Shown piece after piece: positions 44,618 through 54,492 of a stretch of DNA of 64,000 nucleotides. This DNA comes from an uncultured Gemmatimonadaceae bacterium (GTDB taxonomy: Bacteria > Gemmatimonadota > Gemmatimonadetes > Gemmatimonadales > Gemmatimonadaceae), in NCBI GenBank assembly GCA_963822945.1, contig CAWGJO010000024.1, positions 64,001 through 128,000 on the forward strand. Direction: 5' to 3'. The position numbers and the translations under genes were made by a program. Below the pieces are notes generated by a model that had not been told where the DNA came from, ran no database searches, and worked only from the letters and a program-made list of their open reading frames with translations. Every line of letters begins with the position of its first letter. Within the stretch, counting starts at the first letter, position 1.

Positions 44618-47572
44618 CGACCCGCCCCGCGGGCACGCCCGCCGGATTCTTCAATTCCGCCATGTAGGTGATCGCGGGACGCGTGCCCAACTCGCGGAGC
44701 ACTTTGAAGCCGCGGTCGCTCTGCGAGAGCTTCGCCACCCGGCTATTCAGGTCCTTGAGGTCGCCGAACACGATGGCATTGGCCGGGCACGCCGCCGCGC
44801 AGGCGGGGGTGATGTCCCCGTCGGCCACCGGCCGTCCCTCGTCCTTGGCCACCTGGACGCCGTTCCGGATGCGCTGCACGCAGAAGGTGCACTTCTCCAT
44901 CACGCCCCGCGGCCGCACGGTGACTTCGGGATTGAATGCGAGATCCAATGGATCCGTCATCGAACTCGTCAGGTCGAAGAAGTTGAACCGGCGCACCATG
45001 TACGGGCAGTTGGCCGCGCAGTAGCGCACGCCGATACAGCGGTTGTACATCTGCTCGTTGAGGCCGTCGTCGCTGTGCACGGTGGCGGCCACCGGACAGA
45101 CCGGCTCGCACGGCGCGTCGTCGCATTGCTGGCAGAGCATCGGCTCGTGCGCCACCTGCGGATTGTCCTCGGGGCCCACGTAGTACACGTCGTTGCGGAG
45201 CCAGTGCATGATCCGCCCGCGCGCTACCTGCTCGGGACCGACCACGGGGATGTTGTTCTCCGACTGGCAGGCGATCTGACATCCGCCGCATCCGACGCAG
45301 GACGAGAGATCGATGACCATGGCCCACTTGTGGTTGGGCCACTCCTGGTCCTTGTTGAGGGTGGCCAGGGCCTTCTCGTCCATGATCGGTTCGGCCTGCT
45401 TGGCGTAGTCGGCCAGCGACCAGAGGCGCACGATCTCGCGGTCGTGCAGCGAGAATTCCAGTTGGCTGCGGACCAGCGGCTGCTGCCCGCCGGTCTTCAC
45501 CAGGCGAACGTCCGCTCGCCGGAAGGGCGTCGACCCGTCGTCGGCGACGAGCGGGAAGAGGTTGACGCCCCGCCCTTCGGCCACCCCGCCGGCGCGTCCG
45601 AAGCCGAGCGCGGCGAAGACGGCTCCCGCCGCCTGCCCCGGCTGTACGAGCACGGGCAGCGTCACGGTCGCGCGAACCCGCCGTGACGGCGACGAGATCG
45701 CCGTCCGAGAGATTTCGCTGCTTCGCGTCGGCCCCCGACATTGCCAGGTAGTTGCCCCAGCTCACCTTGGTCACCGGTTCCGGCAGTTCCTGCAGCCAGC
45801 CGATGTTGGCATAACGGCCGTCCCAGAGGCGGATGTCGGGGGCCATCAGCAGTTCGACACCGGTGGACGCCGCGGCGCCGGCAACCTGCCGGGCGGCGTC
45901 GGCCACCGCGTCCACGCGGAGCGTCCGGGGTGAGCGCGGCGCCGCGGTCGCGGCGGAGCACGCCGTCATGCACCGCCGTCACCCAGAACTTCTGGAAGCT
46001 CGCCAGCGTGCCTTTCGGGTAGACTTTCGTTTCCCAGCGCATCATCAGATAGGCGCGGTAGTCGGTGGTCACCCGGCCCCCCAGCGCCTTGGCCCAGCGG
46101 AGAAGGATCTCGTCGCCCTGGCGCGTGTCGTACAGCGGCCGGATCAGCGGCTGCTGGACGCTCAACAGATCGAGCGACGGCTCGAAGTCGTTCCAGCTCT
46201 CGAGCCAATGATTGACGGGCAGCACGGCGTCGCAGCGGCCGGCGGTCTCATCGGCCTGCAGCCCGAGGCGGATCTTCAGCGGCACCTTCTCGAGCGCGGC
46301 ATCGAACGCGCGGCCGTCGGACATCGCATAGGTCGGATTGACGTCCCAGAGGATGGCCGCCGCGTACGTGCCCGATGCGAGATCGTGCGTGAGCTGCGCC
46401 ATCTCAGCCGGCGTCGCCAGGGCCGGCGTCTCGACGGCGAACGTCGCATCCACCGTATGTCCCTCGGCGCCGAGCATCGTGTTGAGCAGCGCCACCGCGG
46501 CGTGCGCTTCGACCGGCAGCGACGGACCGGCAAGCACGAGGCTCTGCGGGCCCGCCGCAGCGAGGTCGTCCACGAGCGCGGTGAGGGCGGCGGCATCGAC
46601 GCCGTAGCGTTTCGCCACGGCCGGGATGGCGAACGGTGCGAGCACGGCGGCGGGCAAGCCGGCCGGAAGGGCGCGTCCGTGCCTGGTGTGCAGCGCGTTG
46701 GCGACCGCGAAGGCGATGGGCGCCGCCCCGGAGGGCCGGACCGGCATGCGCACGTCCGCCTTGCTCCCGGTGAGGCTCATGCCGCTCTCGATCGCGTACA
46801 GGCGGTTCATGGGGTCGCCGGGCTTGGCCGGGCGGCGATTCTTCGCAAATCCCGCAATCGAGGCGACCGCGTTCCCCATCGTCCCGAGGAAGTCGGCGTC
46901 GAACGCCGCGATCACCGTGGCCCGCTCCACGCGATAGCGCGGCGTGACGGACGGCTCGTAGAGGGACGCGACCGTCCGGTCGGCGAGGGCGAGCGCCGGT
47001 TCCCACGCGACGTGCCGGAGCCCGGGGAGCACACGCCGGAGATCCGCGATCACGGCCTGTCGCGTCGGTGAGATCACGGCCGGCGTGAGGAGAAGCACGG
47101 GCTTGCCGCCGGACGCGGCGGCCTTGAGGGCGGGTACGATCCTGGCATCCGCCGCATCCCAGGTGGCCGGCTTCCCGGCCACCAGAGGAGCGCGCAGGCG
47201 TTCGGGATCGTAAAGGTCGAGGATCTCCGCCTGCGCCCGGATCGACGTCTTGCCCTGGAACACCGGGTGTTCGTCGTTGCCGTCAATGTGGATGGGCCGC
47301 CCCTCGCGCGCCTTCACGAGCACGCCGTACGCCACCAGCCCCTCCTGATAGGTGCTGGCGTAGTGGTTGGCCACGCCGGGGATGACGTCGTCCGGCTTCC
47401 TGGTATACGGCACGATCGTGTCCGCCGGCGGCGCCTCGCATGCGGCGGTGGCGGCCAGTGCCGCCGACGCGCCCACGAGTCCCAGAAACCGACGGCGCGA
47501 CACCAGGTCGCCCGCAGCGGGGGGTGTCGGCGGCTGACGAAGGTCCGCTTCGGTTACGCGTCGGTCAGCCAT
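44610..47572 (-). CDS. actB: Alternative complex III subunit B (molybdopterin-oxidoreductase-like + Fe-S domain; frameshifts near 45935 and 45675)
   Basis: Tat motif SRRRFLG, EGRPIHIDGN, LYDPER, WLESWND, WLQELPEP; Fe-S CVGCGGCQIAC, CQQCDDAPCEPVC, CIGVRYCAANC, CTFC. Confidence 0.9.
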
Positions 47573-47750
47573 GGCGCTTCACCGAGTGGGGCGCGGGCTG
47601 GACGCGGCGCGCGGGGGCCTTAAGTCCCCGGGAAACGCGCGACGCCGTTCCCCGCGGCAGGATTCGCCGGAGCACCGACGCGCTCAGCATCAGCGCTCCG
47701 AAGGCGGCGGCCATCTGCGCGAGCGTCTGGCGACGACTCTGTACCTGCAT
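47565..47750 (-). CDS. Small (61 aa) membrane/Tat-like protein between actA and actB
   Basis: AGGAG SD, MQVQSRRQTLAQMAAAFGALMLSASVLRR, stop overlaps actB start. Confidence 0.6.
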   Translation of the reverse strand: MQVQSRRQTLAQMAAAFGALMLSASVLRRILPRGTASRVSRGLKAPARRVQPAPHSVKRHG

Positions 47751-47770
47751 CTCGTGGCTCCTGAGTCCGT

Positions 47771-48394
47771 TCATCGGTGGCATGCCGTGCAGTCCGTGGG
47801 GCCGCGCAGCGCCGACGAATCCGGCGGCAGATACGGGCCCGGATTCCGGTGGCAGTCCAGGCACTTGCCCATGCGCATGTTCATCACGCGGGACACCACG
47901 TCCATCGTCTGGACGGCCCCGTGGCACGTCTGGCACTCGATGCCGACGTTCACGTGCGACCGGTGATCGAAGTACACGTGATCGGGAAGGTGATAGACCC
48001 GCTTCCACGTCATCGCGGTATCCGTGGCCAATCGCGCCACGACTTGTGTGTTGATATAGGTGCTGTCGGCCATGGTGATGAACCGGTGACAGTTCATGCA
48101 CGTCTGGACAGCGGGGATGGTGGCGTGCCGGCTGCGGTCCGCATTCGTGTGGCAGTACTCGCAGGGAATGCGGTTCAGCCCCGAGTGCACGCGGTGGGAG
48201 AATGGGATGGGTTGCACCGGCGCGTAGCCAAGGGCAAACCGCGCGGGCTCGGCGGCCCAGCCGACGACCAGCATCGTCGCGATGGCCAGCACCGCTCCCA
48301 ATGGAAACACGACACGCCAGAAACGATCACGCGGATGCACCCGCAGCCCCCGAAGCAAAGCGTCAGCCAATCGCTCCACCATTGACTGCGTCAT
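47771..48394 (-). CDS. actA: Alternative complex III subunit A (pentahaem cytochrome c)
   Basis: TM helix, QPIPFSH, five CxxCH (CEYCH, CMNCH, CQTCH, CLDCH, CTACH). Confidence 0.92.
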   Translation of the reverse strand: MTQSMVERLADALLRGLRVHPRDRFWRVVFPLGAVLAIATMLVVGWAAEPARFALGYAPVQPIPFSHRVHSGLNRIPCEYCHTNADRSRHATIPAVQTCMNCHRFITMADSTYINTQVVARLATDTAMTWKRVYHLPDHVYFDHRSHVNVGIECQTCHGAVQTMDVVSRVMNMRMGKCLDCHRNPGPYLPPDSSALRGPTDCTACHR

Positions 48395-48470
48395 TGCGAG
48401 GCCTCTGAGGAGGGAAACGGGTGGGGGGGCCGCCCGTGCAATGTCGCGAGCCAATTGATTGACACGTCAT

Positions 48471-48488
48471 TTGTAGACGCGTTCACAC
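48471..48488. promoter_or_regulatory. Candidate Rex-like operator upstream of act operon
   Basis: TTGTAGA-cgcg-TTCACAC, three mismatches to TTGTGAA-N4-TTCACAA. Confidence 0.4.
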
Positions 48489-48704
48489 TATGCCACCGCG
48501 ACGCACGCGTGCGCCGTCGGAGATTCACCGCGTCACTGTCAGGTGGTGCCTGACGGTATCGTCAGGGGTCTTGCGCGCTGCGGAATCACCACGAGTCGTC
48601 TCGGCTTTCCCGCGCCGGATGTACGAAGACCCGCCGCGCGGCGCGACGGGTCTCCTATGGGTAAACGCTGATATGGGCCGCCGGGCGCCGGGCGGCCACG
48701 CCGG

Positions 48705-49061
48705 TCAGTCTACCGGCTCGGCGTGGTCGAGGCGCCAACGGGCCGGTGTGCCGCATTCGGTGCACGCGGCGTGTCCGTCGCCGTACAACACCAGGTCGGT
48801 CTCGCGATCGCAGGCCGGACAGGTCGCCCGCACGGTACGGAGTCCGTCCACCGGCAGCCCGTTGCGCACGATCCGCGCGACCATCGCATCGGGGCCCACG
48901 GCCCCGAGCGGGCAGAGGGCCCCGGTGCACTGGTCGCCCACCTCGAGACACACGACCTCGGAATCCAGCAGCGTCGCCTGCCCGTCGTGCTCCGGCGCGT
49001 CGGTGATGACGAGATTCACTTCGCGCTCGCAGGCGTTGCAGAACAGCCGGTGGCTCTTCAT
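48705..49061 (-). CDS. Cys-rich hypothetical metal-binding protein
   Basis: GAGGAGGG SD; CNAC, C-x6-C-x4-C, CPAC, CTEC; last gene of the rnf operon. Confidence 0.7.
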   Translation of the reverse strand: MKSHRLFCNACEREVNLVITDAPEHDGQATLLDSEVVCLEVGDQCTGALCPLGAVGPDAMVARIVRNGLPVDGLRTVRATCPACDRETDLVLYGDGHAACTECGTPARWRLDHAEPVD

Positions 49062-49071
49062 ACCGCCCTCC

Positions 49072-50067
49072 TCAGGTCAACGGAATCGCTTCGGCTCCAG
49101 GGATCATGCGGCGGGCCAACGTGGTGGCGGCGGCGTGCGACAACCCGAACCCGGAGGTCGACGCCGCGTCGGCGTCGATGGCCCGGTCGCCGAGAATGGT
49201 GAGACTGTGGATCGGCGTCAGGCGCGGCGCCGCGGTGACGGGGTCCATCAGGTGGTGATACCGATGGCCGCGCCAGCGGAAGAAGCGCTCGTAGTCGCCC
49301 GAGGTCGTCACGGCGCGGTCCGCCACGTCGAGGGTCGCCGACAGTGCCGAGAGGTCGCGTGGATTGCGGATGCCCACCTTCCACGGCTCGCCCTCCGGCG
49401 AATGGCCGAGCGCGTACAGATCGCCACCAACGGTGACGATGGCATGCGCGATCCCGCGATCGCGCAGGGCGGCGGTGGCGCGATCGATGCCGTAGCCCTT
49501 GGCGATCGCTCCCAGGTCGAGATGGATGTCGCGGTCGTCGTAGCGCAACGCCGGCGCGCCATGGAAGGTCGCGAGGTCCACCTTGCGCCAGAATCCGCGA
49601 TTGGCGAGCCGCTTGACCTGCGTGGCCGGCGGCGGTTCGTGGCGGTGCAGCACGTCCCAGAGTTCCGACACCTCGCCCGCCGCCGGATCGAACCGGCCGT
49701 CGCTGGCCGACGCCCAATCGAGGGCCCGCCGCACGACGAGCGCCGTCTCCGGTCGGATGGTGACGCCTTCACGGGCCGCGCCGAGGTTGGCCCGCCCGAT
49801 GTCGGAGGTCGCGGTGAACCGGGTCATCGTGCGCTCGACCCATCGCAGCTCGGCGATCGCCGCGTCGATGGCGGCTTCGGCGCGGTGCACGTCGCCGTGG
49901 GCGACCTGGATCTCGGCGATGGTGCCCATCACCGGAATGGTCCGCTTGGTGGTTGCGATGCGGCGCCGGAAGGCGATGGGCAGCGAGAGCCCGACGAACA
50001 TACCGGTGCCGATGGTCAGGAATTCGCGCCGACCCAGCTTCGAGCGCGACTCGGGGTCAAGAGGCAT
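49072..50067 (-). CDS. apbE: FAD:protein FMN transferase with Tat signal
   Basis: GRREFL, VMGT, DLGAIAKGY, GGD, TTSGDYE, YHHLMDP, ADAAST. Confidence 0.93.
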   Translation of the reverse strand: MPLDPESRSKLGRREFLTIGTGMFVGLSLPIAFRRRIATTKRTIPVMGTIAEIQVAHGDVHRAEAAIDAAIAELRWVERTMTRFTATSDIGRANLGAAREGVTIRPETALVVRRALDWASASDGRFDPAAGEVSELWDVLHRHEPPPATQVKRLANRGFWRKVDLATFHGAPALRYDDRDIHLDLGAIAKGYGIDRATAALRDRGIAHAIVTVGGDLYALGHSPEGEPWKVGIRNPRDLSALSATLDVADRAVTTSGDYERFFRWRGHRYHHLMDPVTAAPRLTPIHSLTILGDRAIDADAASTSGFGLSHAAATTLARRMIPGAEAIPLT

Positions 50068-50206
50068 GATGATCTCCTTCGTTCCAGCGCTCGCACGAGC
50101 CGCCGGTACAACCTGTGCAGTGGCCGGTGCAGCTGCGATGCGGAACCAGGCCGTAGAGGGCGAACAGGGCCGCCCCGATCACGATGGCGATGATGGTCCC
50201 TGTCAT
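50057..50206 (-). CDS. 49-aa single-TM, four-Cys protein (NqrM-like or FeoB-associated-like)
   Basis: MTGTIIAIVIGAALFALYGLVPHRSCTGHCTGCTGGSCER; ATGA overlap with rnfA stop and overlap with apbE start. Confidence 0.7.
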   Translation of the reverse strand: MTGTIIAIVIGAALFALYGLVPHRSCTGHCTGCTGGSCERWNEGDHHAS

Positions 50207-50781
50207 CCCGCAGTCCCCATGCCGGCGAATCCCATGAACGCCATCGACAGGCACGACGCGATCACGAGCACGAGTCCCATGCGGCGCGCCACCATCGGGA
50301 TGTCGGAGAGCTCCATGCGCTCCCGGATGGACGCCATGAGCGCGAGGGCCAGGGTGAGGCCGGCCCCGGCGCCGAGCGCGAACACCAGCCCCTCGGCCAG
50401 CGTGTAGCCCCGGCTGGTCTGGAAGAGCGCGAGCCCCAGAATGGCGCAGTTGGTGGTGATCAGCGGCAGGTAGATGCCGAGCTGCCGGAAGAGCACGGGG
50501 AGGTACTTCTTGACACCCATCTCCACGATCTGCACGACCGACGCGATGACGACGATGAACGCGATCGTGCGAAGATACGGCGTGCGGGCGAGCACGAAGG
50601 TGTTCAGAACCCACACGCTGACCGCTGTGAGAATGAGCACGAAGGTGTTGGCGAGGCCCAACCGCCACGCCGTCTCGACCTTGCCGGTGACCCCGAAAAA
50701 GGAGCACAGGCCCAGGAACATCACGAGCGTGAAGTTGTTGACCAACATCGTCGAGATGAAGATCCACGAGAGATTACTCAT
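50203..50781 (-). CDS. rnfA: Rnf complex subunit A
   Basis: LVNNF..FLGLC, VQIVEM, LGIYLPLITTNCAILG, MAFMGFAG. Confidence 0.93.
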   Translation of the reverse strand: MSNLSWIFISTMLVNNFTLVMFLGLCSFFGVTGKVETAWRLGLANTFVLILTAVSVWVLNTFVLARTPYLRTIAFIVVIASVVQIVEMGVKKYLPVLFRQLGIYLPLITTNCAILGLALFQTSRGYTLAEGLVFALGAGAGLTLALALMASIRERMELSDIPMVARRMGLVLVIASCLSMAFMGFAGMGTAG

Positions 50782-51488
50782 GCGAGGGCCCTCCGTGCCC
50801 GGCGCTTGCGCAGCTCCATGACGTAGGCCACTCCCAGCAGGGCGATCCCGAGGGCGAGGAACCCGCCCGGCGGCAGCATCATGAACACCCAGGGTTCGAA
50901 GCGCGGTCCGAACAACGGATAGCCGAGGATGCTCCCGTTCCCCAGGACCTCGCGAATCGTGCTCAGCAGGGCCAGCGCCAGCGTGAAGCCCATGCCCATG
51001 CCGAATCCGTCGGCCAGGGCCCGGCGCACCGGCACCTTGGCCGCGAACGCCTCGGCGCGGCCCAGCAGCAGGCAGTTGGCGACGATGAGCGGAATGAACG
51101 GGCCCAGCGCTTTGCGAATGTCGGGCACCACGGCCGCCAGGATCATGTCGGCGAGCGTCACGAACGTCGCGATGATCAGGATGTACGACGTGATCCGCAC
51201 CTCGTGCGCGATGTACTTGCGGAACAACGACACGAACAGCCCGGAGCCGACGAGAACGAACGTCGTCGCCAGCCCCATCGCGAGGCCGTTGGCCAGCACG
51301 TTCGTGACCGCCATCGTCGGGCACATGCCGAGGAGCTGCACGAGCACGGGGTTCTCGCGGCCGATGCCCCGCCAGATGTCGGCGAGCACGGTGGCCGGCG
51401 GCGGCGCGCCCGGGACGAACTCTACGGCGCCCAGAAACCCCGGCGGGGGCGGCGCCTCCGCTGGTTCGCCGACTGGAACGGACGTCAC
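50778..51488 (-). CDS. rnfE: Rnf complex subunit E
   Basis: ENPVLVQLLGMCP, FIPLIVANC..LGRAEAFA, IREVLG, LPPGGF. Confidence 0.93.
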   Translation of the reverse strand: MTSVPVGEPAEAPPPPGFLGAVEFVPGAPPPATVLADIWRGIGRENPVLVQLLGMCPTMAVTNVLANGLAMGLATTFVLVGSGLFVSLFRKYIAHEVRITSYILIIATFVTLADMILAAVVPDIRKALGPFIPLIVANCLLLGRAEAFAAKVPVRRALADGFGMGMGFTLALALLSTIREVLGNGSILGYPLFGPRFEPWVFMMLPPGGFLALGIALLGVAYVMELRKRRARRALA

Positions 51489-52159
51489 GGTTGGCCTCCA
51501 CGATCGTAGGCTTGAAGCAGCGGGCGCCACTTGGCGATCGCATTGTTGATGATGCGAATCACGGCGCGCGACGAGATCGTCGCGCCGGAGATGGTCTGGA
51601 CCTGGCTCGGGTCGTTGCCGGAGCGCGTCTTCACGCCGGTCAGCGGCGCGACACGACCGGCGAACTGGTCGCCGAACGCGGTGTCGGTCTCGATTCGCTG
51701 GCCGAGCCCCGGGGTCTCCTGCTGGTCCAGCACCTTGTAGCCGGTGAGCGTCCCGGTCGCGGGATCGAAGCCGATCATCAGCGTGATCAGTTCCTGGAAC
51801 CCCGGCTCCGCGGCGGTCACCGCCACGCCGAGCTCCCGGCCACCGGCGTCGAAGCCGACGAACGCCTTCTGGGCGGCCTGCTTGTCCACGCCCTCGGGCG
51901 GCGTCTTCGACAGCGCCTTGCCCACCAGGTACAGCGTGTCCCACCGGGCGGGGGCTTTGAGCACCTCGCTCACTGCGCCGGCCTCCTGCTCGGCGGCGTG
52001 CCTCTGGACGGCCGGGAGCGTGAGGTTGTACACGGTGACGATGAGCCACCCGGCGGCCGCGCCGGCGATGCCGAGCGTGGCGAGCAGCTTCCACGCCGGC
52101 GTGCTCTTCTGTTCCGCCGGCGGCGGCGGCGGGACGTGGCAGTGCGGCGCGGCCGTCAT
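51485..52159 (-). CDS. rnfG: Rnf complex subunit G
   Basis: N-terminal TM, QETPGLG, flavinylation motif ISGATISS. Confidence 0.9.
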   Translation of the reverse strand: MTAAPHCHVPPPPPAEQKSTPAWKLLATLGIAGAAAGWLIVTVYNLTLPAVQRHAAEQEAGAVSEVLKAPARWDTLYLVGKALSKTPPEGVDKQAAQKAFVGFDAGGRELGVAVTAAEPGFQELITLMIGFDPATGTLTGYKVLDQQETPGLGQRIETDTAFGDQFAGRVAPLTGVKTRSGNDPSQVQTISGATISSRAVIRIINNAIAKWRPLLQAYDRGGQP

Positions 52160-53160
52160 GACGCGGTCCTCGCGGCGGTACCGAACACTCTCGGCTGCGT
52201 GGCGCGGTTGATGAACGGCACCAGCGCGTTCATGAACAGGATGGCGTACATCACGCCCTCCGGCAGCCCGCCCCAGACGCGAATCACGACCACCAGAATG
52301 CCGATGCCGGCTCCGAACACCCAGCGCCCCAGGTTGGTGACCGGCGAGGTGACCATGTCGGTGGCCATGTACACGGCGCCGAGCATGAGACCGCCCGAGA
52401 ACACCATGAACATCGCCCCCGGCCATTGCGGCCTGATGGCGTGCAGAATCGCGCTGAACACCGCCACCGTGAGGATGATGCTCACGGGAATCCGCCAGTT
52501 GAGATAGTTGCGCACGGCCAGGTACGCGCCGCACGCCAGGATCACGAGCGCCGCCGTCTCGCCCACCGACCCGCCGGTGGTGCCGAGGATCAGGTGCATG
52601 AGCGAGGTGCCCTTCCCCTCGAACTTCAGCAGTCCGAGCGGCGTCGCCGACGTCACAGCGTTGACCGCGGGATGGAGGAAGGGCGCGACGAAGAGATCGC
52701 CCTTGAGCGTGAAGAAGCCGCCACCCGCCGTGGGCCAGGTGGTGATGGCCACCGGGAAGGCCCCCTGCAGGAAGGCGCGGCCCACCAGCGCCGGATTGAA
52801 GACGTTCTGTCCGAGCCCGCCCCACACCGCCTTCCCGAATCCGATGCCGAACGCGCCGCCGACGAACACCATCCAGAGGGGCATTCCGGCGGGGAGCGTG
52901 AGCCCGAGCAGCAGACCCGTGATCGCGGCCGATCCATCGGCCAGCGACCCGCCCTTGCCGAACGCGCGTTCCGCCGCCACCGATCCGAGCACCGCCGCGG
53001 CGATGACGAGCAGCGCGCTGATGCCGAAGAACCACGCCGACGCTGCAATCACGGGAACCAGGCTGCCGACCACGTTCCACATGATGCGCGGGGTCGAGTC
53101 CGCGGGCTTGAGGTGCGGCGACGCGGTGACGATCAGCCGCGGGACGGTCGGGGCGCTCAT
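52156..53160 (-). CDS. rnfD: Rnf complex subunit D
   Basis: SPH, DGSAAITGLLL, GGLGQNVFNPAL, TSATPL, GET, MATDMVTSP. Confidence 0.94.
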   Translation of the reverse strand: MSAPTVPRLIVTASPHLKPADSTPRIMWNVVGSLVPVIAASAWFFGISALLVIAAAVLGSVAAERAFGKGGSLADGSAAITGLLLGLTLPAGMPLWMVFVGGAFGIGFGKAVWGGLGQNVFNPALVGRAFLQGAFPVAITTWPTAGGGFFTLKGDLFVAPFLHPAVNAVTSATPLGLLKFEGKGTSLMHLILGTTGGSVGETAALVILACGAYLAVRNYLNWRIPVSIILTVAVFSAILHAIRPQWPGAMFMVFSGGLMLGAVYMATDMVTSPVTNLGRWVFGAGIGILVVVIRVWGGLPEGVMYAILFMNALVPFINRATQPRVFGTAARTAS

Positions 53161-54491
53161 TGGAGGGTCGCGAGTTGGCGCCGGAGCGCGGCCTTGCTCG
53201 CCTGGAAGAGCTGGGCGAGCGGAATGTTCGACGGACAGACGTAGGCGCAGGAGCCGCACAGCATGCAGTCGGACAGGTGCATGGCCGCCATGTCCTCGTA
53301 ACGCCGAACCTGCGCCAGCTCACCGAGCGTCGACGGGTTCAGGAACACGGGGCATGCTTCGAGGCAGCGTCCGCAGTGGATGCAGGCCCAGCTCTGCTCG
53401 TTGCGCGTCTCGTCGCGCGCGAGCACCACGACGCCCGTGGTGCCCTTCACCACCGGCGCGTCGAGATTCGCCTGGGCCTGCCCCATCATCGGCCCGCCGA
53501 TGATCACCTCGGCCGCGTCGGCCGTCACGCCGTCGCAGAAGGCCAGCAGATCGCGCAGCTTGGTGCCGACGGGAACGATCAGATTCGCGGGGCGACGCAG
53601 CCCGTGACCGGAGACGGTCACGATCCGTTCCACCAGCGGCAGGCCGGTCTCGAAGACCTCGGCAATGGCGGCCACCGACCCGACGTTCTGCACCACCACG
53701 CCCACCGTCACCGGCAGCTTGCCCGACGGCACCTCGAAGCCGGTCACGGCCTTGATCAGCATCTTCTCGGCGCCCTGCGGGTACTTGACGGTAAGCGGCA
53801 GGATCTCGACGTCCAGGTCGGCGGGCACGGCCGCGAGCATCGCGGCCACGGCGTCCGGCTTGTTGCGTTCGATGCCGACCACGCACTTGGTGACGCCGAG
53901 CGAGCGCATCATCACGCGGATGCCGAACATGACCCGGGGCGCGTATTCGACCATGGTCCGGTGGTCGGACGTCAGGTAGGGCTCGCATTCGGCGCCGTTG
54001 ATGATCAGCGTGTGAACGGTGGCGTCCTTGGGCGGCGCCAGCTTCACGTGCGTGGGAAATGCCGCGCCGCCCAGCCCCACCACGCCGGCGCTCTGAACGG
54101 CACGGACCACCTCGTCGGTGGAGAGCCCTTCCCAGCGCGGAACCATGCGCGGCCGCGGGATGTGCGGAGCGTACCGGTCCACCTTGATCCGCACGGCCTC
54201 GGCCATGGAACCGTCGGGGTGCGGCCACCATCCGATGTCCACCACCGTCCCGGCGGCCGAGGCATGAATGGGCACCGACATGAACCCGTCGGCCTGGCCC
54301 ACCGGATCGCCGCGTTCCACATGATCGCCCACCTTGACGCACAGCGTGGCGGGCTTGCCCGCATGCTGCCGCAGCGGGAGTACCACCTCGTCGGGGTACG
54401 GCATGCGGCGAATGGGCAGTTGATTGGTGAGCCCCTTCTCTTCCGGCGGGTGAACGCCGTGCCGGAATCCCAGCGAAATCGCCATCGTCAA
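53157..54491 (-). CDS. rnfC: Rnf complex subunit C
   Basis: GVHP, GLGGAAFPTHVK, NGAECEPYLT, YPQGAEK, GGPMMG, CIHCGRC, CMLCGSC. Confidence 0.95.
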   Translation of the reverse strand: MTMAISLGFRHGVHPPEEKGLTNQLPIRRMPYPDEVVLPLRQHAGKPATLCVKVGDHVERGDPVGQADGFMSVPIHASAAGTVVDIGWWPHPDGSMAEAVRIKVDRYAPHIPRPRMVPRWEGLSTDEVVRAVQSAGVVGLGGAAFPTHVKLAPPKDATVHTLIINGAECEPYLTSDHRTMVEYAPRVMFGIRVMMRSLGVTKCVVGIERNKPDAVAAMLAAVPADLDVEILPLTVKYPQGAEKMLIKAVTGFEVPSGKLPVTVGVVVQNVGSVAAIAEVFETGLPLVERIVTVSGHGLRRPANLIVPVGTKLRDLLAFCDGVTADAAEVIIGGPMMGQAQANLDAPVVKGTTGVVVLARDETRNEQSWACIHCGRCLEACPVFLNPSTLGELAQVRRYEDMAAMHLSDCMLCGSCAYVCPSNIPLAQLFQASKAALRRQLATLQ

Positions 54492-54492
54492 C

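Noticed and set aside
44610..47572. actB split into separate B1/B2 genes, or a true molybdoenzyme linked to moaADE
   Set aside because: Coding continues across two frameshifts; ActB is established to lack a Mo cofactor, and the moa genes are 35 kb away in a housekeeping context.
50203..54491. Na+-NQR instead of Rnf
   Set aside because: RnfC-type 2x[4Fe-4S] subunit and RnfB are present; no NqrF.
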